Origin: Octopus bimaculoides
Taxonomy: Eukaryota
Length of the DNA: 53,064 nucleotides
Reading direction: 5' to 3'
Assembly: GCF_001194135.2 (NCBI RefSeq)
Contig: NC_068982.1
Location: 167,556,274 to 167,609,337, forward strand
The notes under the pieces are model-generated. The model was not told where the DNA came from, made no database searches, and saw only the letters and a program-made list of their open reading frames with translations. A program made the position numbers and the translations under genes. Positions 25,481-38,369 of the stretch are shown here, piece by piece (position 1 is the first letter of the stretch; the number at the start of each line of letters is the position of its first letter).

Positions 25481-26785
25481 TTGTAACTCCTCCATTTCCT
25501 TCATTGGCTTCGTAGACGTCCTCTGTTGGTTCTATTTTCATGTTGATACTTACCTGTTGGTCAAACTTAAAGATCTTATCTCTGACCAAAACATTCCAGT
25601 CATGACCATCACATCATTTCTCTGTGTATCTAAAACTATAAGAATACTATAGAGTGGTGGGAGGAGAGACGAATGAAATGGGAATCCCTGAGCGAAGATA
25701 GCATAAGCCCAACCATCTCCAATATATAGAGTTGAAAATATATAGAGAGGCGACAGTGACGAACGTGGCCTGTGAGGGATTTTATGCCAATCAATCGATT
25801 GGCCTTTTCCTAGGATGTGCAACTATAGTAGCGTTTCAGATATAAGAGTGGCACACCATTGTGAATGCTATAGCCACGACAATCAGGTCCCTGTGTACAA
25901 CTAGAAATACGCAGTCCGACTTGTCCTTCTCTTTTCAAAAGATAAAAAGATGTATTTTGAGTGAGGTTTCACGCTTATTTCTAGCAGGTTGAGCAACCAT
26001 AGTTACAGGTGATGCTTTATGGTTTAGGTGAATACTGTTGATATTTGCGACTAATGTGACGCTAGCGATGATAATAGTAAAAGTGATGATTGCAGTATAG
26101 TGTTGATGAAATGGTGTTGTTTGTGATGTAGTATTGATAGTGGTGGTGATTCTTATTAACAGTGCTGGCAGTGGTGGTTGCTAGTTGTAGTGGTTGTATT
26201 AGAACTGTTGGCTGTGGTAGTGACTGTTCACAGTGATAATTTTACTACAGTTTGTGCAACAATGGTGGTAGTAGTGACTGTTATAGGGATTGTCGTCTGT
26301 AGCAGTAGTGCTCCTGGAGATCGTTATTGTTGTCATTTAGCCTTAGGTCTGCCATGACTGAACAGACTTATTAAAAGTGCCTTAGTTGTTATTATTGCGT
26401 CTTCCTCCTGTGTGCACACAAACCAGGAATACAATGTCTCACGTGCCCCTTTGTTTTAATACTGAGGTAGCGGCTGACGGAAATTTGGTTGTTATTTCTA
26501 GCAGGTCAAAGAAGAAGGTTTGAGGCACCTTAGTGGCTTGTTGATGATGAGAGTGTTAATGTTAGAGCTACTGGTATTGGTGGTGGAGGTGGTAGTAGTG
26601 ACGGCGGTGGCGAAGGACGGTATGACAAATATTTCACCTGTCAAACTTTATTGTCTTTTTTGCGTCGCTCGTATTTTGCTCTCCGTACCTACTGAGGTTT
26701 ACTGTCGGAAGTGCTTCATCTCTCTCTCTCTCTCTCACACACACACACTTGCGTACAACTAACAGTACTTTTGCGCGCGCGAGCA

Positions 26786-26847
<62 letters not shown>

Positions 26848-27277
26848 GTATACAAACGATTCCGTTCTATCGCATATATATACACACATTAGTTCCGGTC
26901 AACTTCTCGACTTTGTGGTGTTTATTAAGCAGCTGAAGTAATGTTGTAATGGTTCTTCAGGAGTATTTGTTCACGTGCGGCACTCACAGACATATAATAA
27001 GGTAGGTGGGTTGATTGAATAGTTTACACTGCTTGTCTGTTGTCTAACGTCATTACTTCTATATTTTTAAACACGTTTTATTTATTTACTCGTGTTTATT
27101 CCTTTTAATTTATTTACTTCTTTGCTTTTCATTTACAAAAATTCACATTTTTGTCTCTCTCTTTCTCCCCCCCTCTCTCTCTATATATATATCGTTTTAA
27201 CGGTAAATCTCGAAGGCGATAAAGCTATAAATAATAGCATGCAGAATATAGGCTTATACCAAAGCAACTGATATACT

Positions 27278-27577
27278 GGCACACCGTCGGTTACGACGAC
27301 GAGAGTTCCAGTTGACCCGATCAACGGAACTACCCGCTCATGAAATTAGCGTGCATGTGGCTGAGCACTCCACTAACACGTGTGCCTTTAACATAATCCT
27401 CAGGGAGATTCAGTATGACACAGAGTGTGACAAGACTGACCCTTTGAGATACAGATACTACTCATTTTTGCCAGCTGAGTGGACTGGAACAACGTGAAAT
27501 AAAGTGTCTTGCTCAAGGACACAACGCCCTTGCGATCGCGAACCGAATACCCGAACCACTAAGCCACGTGTCTTCAC
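27278..27577 (-). mobile_element. SINE C' (family D central block joined to the family C 3' module)
   Basis: 27278-27450 matches the family C tail; 27461-27525 matches the family D central block; degenerate tRNA-like head at 27530-27577. Confidence 0.8.
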
Positions 27578-27799
27578 TATAAAAGTTTGAGTCCTACGGG
27601 CAACCTATGAATGCTTTCTGGTCAGTATTCTGAATACTATTACTCATATCTTTTATCTATTTCGAAATCCACCGTTAAGATAATTTATTTCATATCTGTT
27701 AGAGTTTCTAAAAGTAAGTAAAAAAAATTCTTATAATGTAAACAAAAATATATATATATATATATAATAAAAATAAGCAACAAGAATATCCAGAGGTAA

Positions 27800-27884
27800 T
27801 GCAGTACTATCGTTTCAAGCAACTCCATTTAATTGAACAATGCAATTATTACATCAATTTAAATACAGAGCAATCCTCAGTGGA
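27800..27884 (-). ncRNA. Decayed hammerhead-like motif
   Basis: Minus strand: ccaCUGAGGA...long AU-rich hairpin (cuc..auuuaa.auug / caau.uaaau.gag)...gcuuGAAAC-GAUAG-UA-cugca. Stem I and the stem II closing pair are imperfect. Confidence 0.35.
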
Positions 27885-28290
27885 ATATATATATATATAT
27901 ATATATATATANNNNNNNNNNNNNNNNNNNNNNNNNNNNNNNNNNNNNNNNNNNNNNNNNNNNNNNNNNNNNNNNNNNNNNNNNNNNNNNNNNNNNNNNN
28001 NNNNNNNNNNNNNNNNNNNNNNNNNNNNNNNNNNNNNNNNNNNNNNNNNNNNNNNNNNNNNNNNNNNNNNNNNNNNNNNNNNNNNNNNNNNNNNNNNNNN
28101 NNNNNNNNNNNNNNNNNNNNNNNNNNNNNNNNNNNNNNNNNNNNNNNNNNNNNNNNNNNNNNNNNNNNNNNNNNNNNNNNNNNNNNNNNNNNNNNNNNNN
28201 NNNNNNNNNNNNNNNNNNNNNNNNNNNNNNNNNNNNNNNNNNNNNNNNNNNNNNNNNNNNNNNNNNNNNNNNNNNNNNNNNNNNNNNNNN

Positions 28291-28332
<42 letters not shown>

Positions 28333-28541
28333 TGTGTGTCTGTGTTTGTCCCCCCAACATCGCTTGACAACCGATGCTGGTGTGTTTACATCCCCGTAAC
28401 TTAACGGTTCGGCAAAAGAGACCGATAGAATAAGTACTAGGCTTACAAAGAATAAGTCCTGGGGTCGATTTGCTCGACTAAAGGCGGTGCTCCAGCATGG
28501 CCACAGTCAAATGACTGAAACAAGTAAAAGAGTAAAAGAGT
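28291..28541 (+). mobile_element. SINE family A, internal (TA)n plus 3' half; the 5' half may lie in the gap
   Basis: Near-identical to 13403-13614; abuts N-gap 27912-28290. Confidence 0.9.
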
Positions 28542-28559
28542 AGGTCAAACCCTGATGCT

Positions 28560-28691
28560 CTCAGAGTATCGTTCTAAAAATGAACAATCACATCTTTGAA
28601 ATGTCAAAGGTACCAGATAACGTGTGATTAATTCAAAACGAGGTGAATAAACAAACACTACATCCCACAGAGTAATCTGAATGCTAGAGGG
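28560..28691. mobile_element. One end of a piggyBac-like MITE
   Basis: ...gtaatctgaatgctagaGGG|TTAA at 28689-28695; the other terminus is not seen. Confidence 0.4.
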
Positions 28692-29971
28692 TTAATGTTG
28701 ACTTTGACATATTTGAATTCAGAATGCAAAGAGTCTGAACAAATACTGTAATTTCCGACTCTGTAGCGATTCTGCTAGCTCGCTGCCTTAATTTAATAAT
28801 TAATAATAAAACACAAGGCAGTAGATTACGTAGACACACTATTGCTGGTTCAAATGAAATTCCAGAGATTACATTGAGACACTATTGTTGGCTCGAATAA
28901 AAATCGTTAATGTTGCTGAGAGAAAGCGAGACAATATGTCATTAGTGAGTACAGTAGAAGAGGGAAAACTTCTGATGAACCAGTTCCACAGTGCCATTTC
29001 AATTCCCAGTTGACGTATTAATTCTCTTTTCTTTCTCCTTATACATATTGGAGCCATTGTGTCGAAACAAGAGACTCAGATTCCAACCAGTTTTTGTGGC
29101 GTCACCCTCTGCGTGTTGTGTTTCATAACTGAAATTAGCAAATCGTTTGGATCGTAGGAAGGAGCGTCTTTTACATGGTTTAACGATTTGCTAGATACGG
29201 CAGTCAAATTGCCTTCGACCGCACCCTACTGCTTTAGAAAAAGGAAGGACACGCTGAACAACGTAGGTCAAGATATAAAAAAAAATATGGGATGGTTGCA
29301 ACTAGAACTTTTTGACCAAAAGACTCCTACCCGAACCAGCACCGCCACCCGTAACAACCCACTTGTACCCTTCATCTATCCAGTACAAAATATATCAACT
29401 ATATAAAAATCAGAACTGGGCAAATCTTATACTTTTTATGAAAGAAATAAAATAGCAAAGACCAGCATCGTAGACCAACAAGCAAAGAAACTTTAATAAC
29501 AACAATGAAACGTTACTGCATGCTTTGAACCACTGGGTTTGGCAAACACTTCCGTATTTCAAGGGTTCAAATTTCATCCTAGTGATGGAATGAACCACAC
29601 ACCAAAAGAACGTGTTAAATAAATTACGGAACAATAAAACTTTTCATTGTATTTTATATATTATATAAATATATTTAAGTAAAGCAGTTTTCGAAAAATC
29701 AATCAGAAATACGGGACACAAGATGTGCGCGTGTATATATATGTGTGTGTGTGTATGTATACGCGTGTGTAAGCACTTGCATACAAACAGCTACACATAA
29801 CACACATACAAGAAGACTTGTTTGTTCCCTTATTTTTATCCACCCCTTTTCTCCAACCGACTGACCAACCGACCAACAGACTAATTGGATGAAATACAAG
29901 GTGAAATTCGACACAAAATAGGTTAGGTCATTGTCACGTGTCTTTTAACTATGTTCATTATCTGAATTTGT

Positions 29972-29976
<5 letters not shown>

Positions 29977-30062
<86 letters not shown>
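29977..30062. repeat. (TG)n microsatellite
   Basis: Uninterrupted TG array. Confidence 0.97.
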
Positions 30063-30066
<4 letters not shown>

Positions 30067-31258
30067 CGCGCGCGCGATGAATATATTACCATTGCAAATT
30101 TTATATACTTGTAAATATTCATACGTACTCACATATTTCGTATACAGAAAAAAAAATTCATATAAGTGCATATGGAAAAATATATAAATATACGTTTGTA
30201 CTTATTTTAGTAGATAATATTAGAATTTATTATCATGAGCCTTTTCATTTCAAAATACATGTCGATTTGAATATATCCTGGCTCTAAACATAGATTTATT
30301 TTCGTATTTATTGGGCCTTTGCTAAACTGCTCTTCACTAAAAAATATTGTCGGTATATTTGCGGACTGCCTCTTACTATTATTGATATAATAAACGAGTT
30401 CTGTCACTGATTTCAAATATATTTACTGTCAAATTCAGACATAGTATTTTACTGTAAAAAATAACGCAACATTCCGGATGCATTTGTATTTTTATGGTTT
30501 TCTCTTCGGCTTTAGCGGTTTGCACACAGGTGGTATATACCTCTTATTCCGTGTCTTTGACGACAGACTCATACAATACATTTTAAATGTGGTTCTATTA
30601 GAAACATAAATTCGTTTCCAGAGAAAAGTATATGAATATAAAAAATTATTTATTTTAATATTTAATCAGTCATATTTTTTATTTGCCTTTTCGTTTTAGC
30701 CATTTTATATTTTAATATATTATCGCTTTAAACTAGAATTTATTTTCATATTTATCGATTCCTTTGTAGAAACGTGCTTCGTCAATATGGTACTTATCAA
30801 TCTATAAACTACAACTTTGACACAACATCGGTTTTGTTTTAATCGCCATTGTCGTGTGTGAAATACTTAATTACAAACACAAATTTTTGTTTTCTTTCAT
30901 TCAGGAGTAAAAGCATTTTCTTTGATCCCGTTACAGAACCTCTGGTATTAGTGGGATTGAGGGAGGTAGGCATCTTGAAATTGGGAACTGGCTCGAATGC
31001 TTGCAATAGAATGGACTCTACTGAAGGCAACTAAGACGTCATGCGGTGGCGCTAAAATGGGCGACGAGTTCAGTCTACTACTTACGTAAGCTATGGTGGG
31101 ATTTGATCTCGCAATACTAACAGTCAGAACAAATACCACAAGATATCCGGTCTGATGTTGTGTTAATCGACCAACTTGGGTTGGTACTTTTTTTATCGAT
31201 CCTTAAAGGATTAAAGACAACGTTGACTTGAAAACGCTAAGTAGGAACAAATATACGG

Positions 31259-31262
<4 letters not shown>

Positions 31263-31332
<70 letters not shown>

Positions 31333-31378
31333 GTGTGTGTGTGTGTGTGTGCGAGAGAGGGAGAGAGAGAGAGAGAGA
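31263..31378. repeat. Compound microsatellite (TA)n(TG)n(GA)n
   Basis: Directly visible. Confidence 0.95.
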
Positions 31379-31392
31379 AAATCATGTTCCCG

Positions 31393-31542
31393 CACAGATT
31401 CCTCTACAGATTATCAATCAATACATTGGTCAATCTGTATTAACCGTAGAAGACACTTGCTCCAGGTACAATAAAGTGGCACATAACCCGAAACCATGTG
31501 ACTGCCAGCGAATATCTTAACCACACAGCTATGCCTGCGCCT
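31393..31542 (-). mobile_element. SINE family A, 5' half (diverged)
   Basis: Reverse complement aggcgcaggcatagctgtgtggttaag...cacatggtttcgggtt...agcaagtgtcttctacgg. Confidence 0.65.
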
Positions 31543-31593
31543 CTTTGTGTGTGTGCATGTATGCGTTCATGTATGTATGTATGTATGTATGTA

Positions 31594-31624
<31 letters not shown>

Positions 31625-31699
31625 AACATATATGTTATATTTACACATAATTATACAACGCACACACACACACACTTAAACTCTCTCTCTCTTTCTCAC

Positions 31700-32090
31700 A
31701 CGCACATATAAGAAAATTCTCAGAAGCGAAAACTGATGAAGCAGATAAATTACTCAATGCAGGAGACATTAGATGAATCAGAAACGCTTGTGAATTAATA
31801 AATGAGATTACTGGTAAAAATAAAGAGATCAAAAAGATTTCTTGTGTTCAGTATTGATGGGAAACTAATAACATCTGATATAAACATCCAAGAAAGATGG
31901 AAGCAACATTTTGATACAGTCATAAACAAGGTATTTAATGAGAGCAATGCTCTGATAATTCATGAATCACAAGAAAAGCTTGAAGTGGCTGTATATGATA
32001 TATATATTGCGATAAACTAGCCAGTGCTATTGCACAATTAAATAACTGGCTCTCGGATTAGAGTGAAATGCAAGAGGAATATTAAAAACA
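31700..32090 (+). mobile_element. Probable RTE-clade LINE remnant (region between endonuclease and RT)
   Basis: Pieces across frameshifts: EADKLLNAGDI..ACELINEITGK; SIDGKLITSDINIQERWKQHFDTVINK; EVAVYDIYIAIN*, resembling the DG.L.T....I..RW.EHF..VLN...EV..AI signature. Confidence 0.55.
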
Positions 32091-32822
32091 GAACACTGAC
32101 TGCATCCTACAGGCCTCGACAAATTTTTGCCTGTCCAATTTCACTCAAAGGTACGGGGAGATCCAATTCTGTAGTAAAATACACCTATCTAGGACAATTT
32201 GTCATCTGATCGGGACGTTGGCGATTAAACCGCAGCCATACTAAGCTTGCTTAGTAAGGAGCGGGGTTTTTGTTGGACATCCTGTAGAACGAAAAGTAAA
32301 ACCTGTCAAGGGGAAGATCAACTCAGTAAAGTCAACAGTCATCCAACAGTTGGAATTGGAAAATCCAATGTCTTGCCTTAGACATGTCTCTCGAAGAAGG
32401 AAAACTCTAGTGTAATACCTGTAATTTCGTTTGCAATGATGTAGATGAGTTCTTCTATTTGGGCAAATGTATACATTGTTTAGAGAATGGGACTCACTTT
32501 ATGTAAGGCGTTTCCTCACTTTAAAAAGCTTCAGGTACAGGAGCTGATTTTTAACTTCTCTATTATATGTTGTGTATTCTCTATTATATGAAGTGTACCG
32601 GTTGTGACCGAAAAAGGCAAAACACTCGAAGAAAAATTCCATGATGAAATGAAGGCATGTATCAGCGTCAATGATAAATTCAATGAACACCCTCGACAAG
32701 AGACAAGACAACCTTCGTTGCCACCACTGTGCATAAGGGTGTGGGTGTTACACAAGATTAAATAAGCCAATCCATACGGCTCATGTTTAAGAGAGCAATC
32801 AAGTGATGGCATTGCTCAAAAT

Positions 32823-32855
<33 letters not shown>

Positions 32856-32858
32856 CTC

Positions 32859-32959
32859 AAAATAGGCAACACGATATCAAGAAGTGATGCAGTACGACCG
32901 TTTCAAGCGGCTTGAAACGGTCGTACTGCATCACTTCTTGATATCCTGTTGCTTATTTT
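32859..32959. repeat. 101-bp near-perfect palindrome
   Basis: 50-bp arms around a single G at 32909; the inner 36 bp of each arm pair perfectly, with only 2 mismatches overall. Confidence 0.97.
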
Positions 32960-34668
32960 AATCTTATTCACCTTACTTCGAGCTGTGCGGATAATACCAC
33001 ACTGACTTGGTGCTTCAACTTAAGTACCTAATTCAATAGTTAGTTCCTACGTACATTTCAACATTATGGTTGCTTGGAACCCTGCGTTAGGTGTTCTAAG
33101 TGCGTATATATGCTTAACCAGATCATCAAGGAACACATTACTGCATTATGATACAGAGAACTAATGTCAAATGTTGGGTAGATAGCAAAGCATTTTATAA
33201 GTATTTTGAGAGGGAAAGAGAAAGAAACTAGTTGGTAGAAAAAGAAAAAAAAACTATGAAACAAGAGACGGGGGAGAGTGGAAGAGTGAAACATCGAAGA
33301 CAAATAGAAAATAGTGAGTAAAAAAATTAAGTGATAGGAAAAAAAGGAAAGAGAAAAAAGAAAACAAAAGATAGAAACAATGTAATCCGGAGAGCTATAA
33401 CAGGGATAAACAAAAATATAAAAATATAAAGCAACACGATATTTTCAATGAAATGATTATATAATAAAACAAATAAATACAGCCAAGAGATCGAGAGAGG
33501 AAGAAAGTAACGAATGCAGAATGGGAAAAAGAGAGAAAGAAGCAGTATTTAAGAAGTTAGCTTTTCGATGACAAAGTCCAGGGTTCGATCTTGTACAAGT
33601 GTCTTTTACAATAGCCGCGAGTCGTCCTGAGCCTTGTGAGTGAAATTGAATGGAAAGAAACTTTGCTGAAACGCTTAGGATGGTTTGAACCCATAATTAA
33701 AAGGGCCTGCCTGGTCACATTATGTCACAGGGATTTCGTTGGACATATATATCGACGAGGCACGCACTTAATATGATTGATAACTTAGGAAGTATAATTT
33801 TCTCACCATAGGTAATATTAGAAAATATTGTGTGTGTGTGTATATATATATATACACAATAATTATGATTTAACTTTTATAAAATTTCTTGGTGCTTAAA
33901 ATGAGGAAATGAATTGTAATTTTCAAAAGAAAAATATTTATTACCTTAAAATTAAATAATGCAAAATTCTCATTTGTCTATTTGCAATAAAAAAAATATA
34001 TTTTTCTAAAATTTTATCAACATAATCGTAATCTTTTCCATCAAAAATGTATCTTTGCAAAAATTCCATTAAAAAAGAAATGAATATTTTTTAGAATGGT
34101 ATGAGACTCATCCCGCACCTCTTATGTTAATTGTTAATTCTCTCTGTCTCTCTCGGTCTCTCTCTCTCTCTCCCTTTTCGCTCTACAATGTACAGAGTTA
34201 CTGGAGAAATCAACCAAGTAACCAACATTTATATCGGTGATGATGATTATTATAATTGATATTATATACATGTATGTGTGTGTCTATGTGTGTGTATACA
34301 ATGTCGCATCGTATAAATGTGTATGTGTGTATGTACATGTATATGTGTTGTTATTATATATGTGTGTATGTGTGTGTTTGTTTATATACAGATATAAAAA
34401 AATGTGAATTTTCCAAACGTGATGATAGAATACTACTTAAATCCTTTTATCTTGTTGTGCGTGTTATTGACAACAACATCAACACGCATGCGCGTGACAC
34501 ACTAACCACACAAACAAAAATTAAAATATTTATGCAGAATTCTCTCATTTCCTTACGAAATTACAGACGTTTTTTTTAAATCTGTATATAAGTAATGTTA
34601 ATTTTGCTTCTGACTAATTTTTCTATTCTTATTAACATATCTCAGTGTGCTCTCAAGATCATTTATTA

Positions 34669-34741
<73 letters not shown>

Positions 34742-35000
34742 NNNNNNNNNNNNNNNNNNNNNNNNNNNNNNNNNNNNNNNNNNNNNNNNNNNNNNNNNNN
34801 NNNNNNNNNNNNNNNNNNNNNNNNNNNNNNNNNNNNNNNNNNNNNNNNNNNNNNNNNNNNNNNNNNNNNNNNNNNNNNNNNNNNNNNNNNNNNNNNNNNN
34901 NNNNNNNNNNNNNNNNNNNNNNNNNNNNNNNNNNNNNNNNNNNNNNNNNNNNNNNNNNNNNNNNNNNNNNNNNNNNNNNNNNNNNNNNNNNNNNNNNNNN

Positions 35001-35957
35001 GGACTCTCGACAGGAAGAGATTCAATTTTGATTTGAAAACAGCTCTCTGGGAGAATATTAAAAAGCTGTGGGCCCCTAAAACCCTGGCTGTCGCAGCAAC
35101 TGGTCCTGAAGCGTGATGGCATTGCTGGGATCTTTGGCGCTGTGTAGTGTCGACCCGTCCTAGCGTTTGTGTAGCTTTCAATGCTAAAATTTGGTACAAT
35201 CCCTTCCAGGATCTTCCAGATGTATATTACTGCATATCTCTTCCGCCTTCGCTCCAGGGAGTAGAGTATTAACTGTTTCAGCCTTTCCCAGTAGCTGAGC
35301 TGTTGCAATGAGATAATCTTCGTTGTGAAGCTTCGCTAGATTACTTCAAGACCCGCCGTTAATTCTACACTGTTGGGTGACCATAGCTGGGAGCAGTAGT
35401 CCAGGCGGCTGAGGACGAATGTCCTCCAGAGGACCATCATGGTTTCCTTCTCTGTGGTTCTGAAGTTTCTCAGGATCCATCCAGCCGTCTGCACTTTGTC
35501 ACCATCTTGATAATGAGCACTTGAAAAGAGGTATCATCACTCATGTCGATACCCAGCTCCCGCACTGATTTAGGTTCTGGGATTGTAATCCCACGTGGGC
35601 CAGTGTATCCTGTGAGTTTTACGTTCAGTTTTGGGTGCTGGTAGCGCAGGGCTCGGAACTTTCCAGCATTAAACAGCATATTATTGTCCTTAGCCCATCT
35701 GTTATTTGAATCCAACTCCTGCTGCAGAGCGTGCCACATCGCTAAGGTCTTGTATTTTCGTATCGTCTGCGTAGCTAGCAAGGGTGGCTATCCGGACAGC
35801 TGAGGGCATATCTGAGAGGAACAGCACTTACTATTTGTGTATTCTTTGAGGTGGCTTCATTGGCCACCACTGCCTGAGGTCTATCTTTCAGAAAGTCATG
35901 TAACCACTCTTCAAGTTTTCCAACTATGCCAAAATCACATAGTTTGTGGTATATCAA
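35001..35957 (-). mobile_element. CR1-type LINE, RT C-terminal half, degenerate
   Basis: HKL..FGIVGKL..WLHDFLKDR.QAVVAN...S.....VSAVP; YADDTK (35773-35756); NNMLFNAGKF..L; VRELGIDMSDD; SRLDYCSQLWSP; LSYWERLK.L.LYSLERRR.RY..IYIWKILEG.VPN; GPQLFNILP. Frameshifts and an internal deletion; runs into the gap. Confidence 0.92.
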
Positions 35958-38369
35958 CCCGTCTAGTCGGTGCTCTAACGCAGCTGCAGCCCAATGATAG
36001 AAACAGATAATGTATATATTATATAAAAAAATGAGTCTTCTCTGAGATTCGTCCTAGGTTGATCATACACTCACGCACACACACCACACACATGCACACA
36101 CACATGCGCGCGCGCGCAAGTTAAACCAAACAGAAGAGTGACCAATGATATTACACGTAACTATAATGATAGGATGTTGGTGGAGTACATTTAGTTGCAC
36201 GCTTCCTGTTCTAACGTTAGACTGTTATTACAGGAAACCCTGTTTACAAGGCTGCAAATGTAGCTCTCAACTAAAGTGTTACGGCTCCTCCAAGCTGAAT
36301 GTCGTTGCCAACCTTTGAAGTTCTTACTGATATTGATCATGCTTCGCTTTGTTGTGTGTTTGCTGCAAAGGGGGCAGCCATCGTCAGAATAGTAGTGGGC
36401 AAAGCAGCTGAAGCGACATTACTCTTGCTATGGAGATGACACAGCAGAGATTTCGTCAGATCAAAAGTCTTTTGTATTCTAGAATGTCCTCCTGTTTGAT
36501 TTTCTCTTTATTATACAAAATATATTATTATTATTGTTCTGAGTTATTGTCTAAATTTGGACGTGAGTCTCTTTTCTTTTCATTATAAATGCAAGAATTC
36601 CATTTAATACAGCATCACTAAAAGTATTATTGCTCGGTTTAAATGTTCTCTTTTGATATAATATTTAATATAATTGTTTCAACAGATAAAGAACTGCAAA
36701 TGGCCCACTTGTTTTTAGCTTACGCACCTTCATCTCTTCAGAATTCAGTTGAGCTTTATTCGCTAATTGTTCTGCTAAATCAGTGAAGCAATTAACTCCA
36801 TTGAAATGTTAGACAGGCTGCCTTCTCACTTTCTTCTCTTTTTTCTTTTGTTAGAACTCTATAAGCTGTAGGTTATATCATTTACAAGAAGAATCGGTAG
36901 ACAAACCGACCGATATTCTTTAGTCAGTGAATACTTTAGTTAACAAAGAATTAGCAGAAATGAGAAGTTCTGATTTATGGATATTGAATATATTTTTGTA
37001 TTCCGTCTGTTGCATTTATTGTTCAGCGGCAGTTACAAGGCAATAGTGACTGTCAAATAATTTAATCATACCACTAAAATGATGGACCCCTCTCTGAAAC
37101 ACGATAAATAATAGCCACAGTGAGTTTTATACTATAATTAAGTATGGAGTAAATAACAAATTGGGTGTTATCATTTGGTGCAAAGTGAATAACAAACTTC
37201 ACAAGTAGCCCACTGCAACTTAATTACAGATTGTCTATAAGAAACTAGGCTAACTGACGAATAAAATAATTTGAAAGCAAATCAATGGCTCTAAATCAGG
37301 AAGTGCTTCCATTAAGAGAAGGACGAACTTAGCTTCCGCAGAAAAAAATATGGTATAGGACTTTTGACGATAAAGTAAATCTACAAATTCGATGGTATTG
37401 GCTAAACTACTTCCCTTAAAATTTCTGGCCTGGTGCCGAAATCAGAAACTATTATTCTAAAAATAGATACGTCACACTGTCACAGGAATAAATATTCTTT
37501 CTAAAAGAAGATATATATGCATATATGCATGTACGCTAAGTAGAGAATATATGCATATATTCTATACCTTAGCAAACATGCATACATGAACATATGATAT
37601 ATGTTTGTATCCTATATGCATGTATGCGTGTTTCCTATGTGGAGGATATAAGCGTACATGCGAAAATGCATACACACACCTTTATACAACTGTCTAAGTT
37701 ACAATCGGAAAGCTGGGGTCATCAGGCAAAAAGAGTGTCTAGCGAATATGCACTTTGCAATCATAATCTATAAGCGGAACAGTAGTAATATGCAATATTT
37801 TTCTAAAGTTCAAGTGTCTACCATTATTATCATTATCTAATTTCCAGCAATGGAGCAACGATTCTCCGTTAGAAATCACCACTTTCATTAAAAGAATTTT
37901 GAATAATTAAGAAAAGATAACATGCAAGGATACATCCATATATGCATACATTGCGCAACACAATCTAGAATATTAATCACTCCTATATAAGTATAACTAA
38001 TTTTGTTCCAAACTTGTATGCTTAGAAAATGCTGAGAGCGTATATGCTGTTTACAAAAACCAATCAATCGTTATTTCTATCGCGTTGGGTCTCATTCATC
38101 TATATTACACAAAAAATTACGAATGCTGCTTGTTACAGGTTATTAAATACATATATTAATGAATTGTTGTAGATTTATTTCACAATTAGTGGGTGAAGGC
38201 ACGAATCAATATAATACAAGAGTACATATTGCAGTACCCTATAAAGATTTAAATATCCACCATCATAAGTTCCAGAACACAAACACTATCTTTCAGATGG
38301 TTTCTCGACCGGAGGTCATCTAAACGGCTACGCTTGTCCTCAAATACATACTGAGAAAAAGTATTCACA

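Noticed and set aside
29136-29193. 12-bp inverted repeat tagcaaatcgtt / aacgatttgcta with a 34-nt spacer
   Set aside because: Too short to interpret; probably part of an old MITE or chance.
32592-32765. Stop-free plus frame SVPVVTEKGKTLEEKFHDEMKACISVNDKFNEHPRQ...
   Set aside because: No start codon, no credible splice sites and no recognisable family.
36250-36900. Coding-looking minus-strand patches suggestive of a decayed transposase
   Set aside because: No diagnostic DDE or other motif could be read, and no terminal repeats were found.
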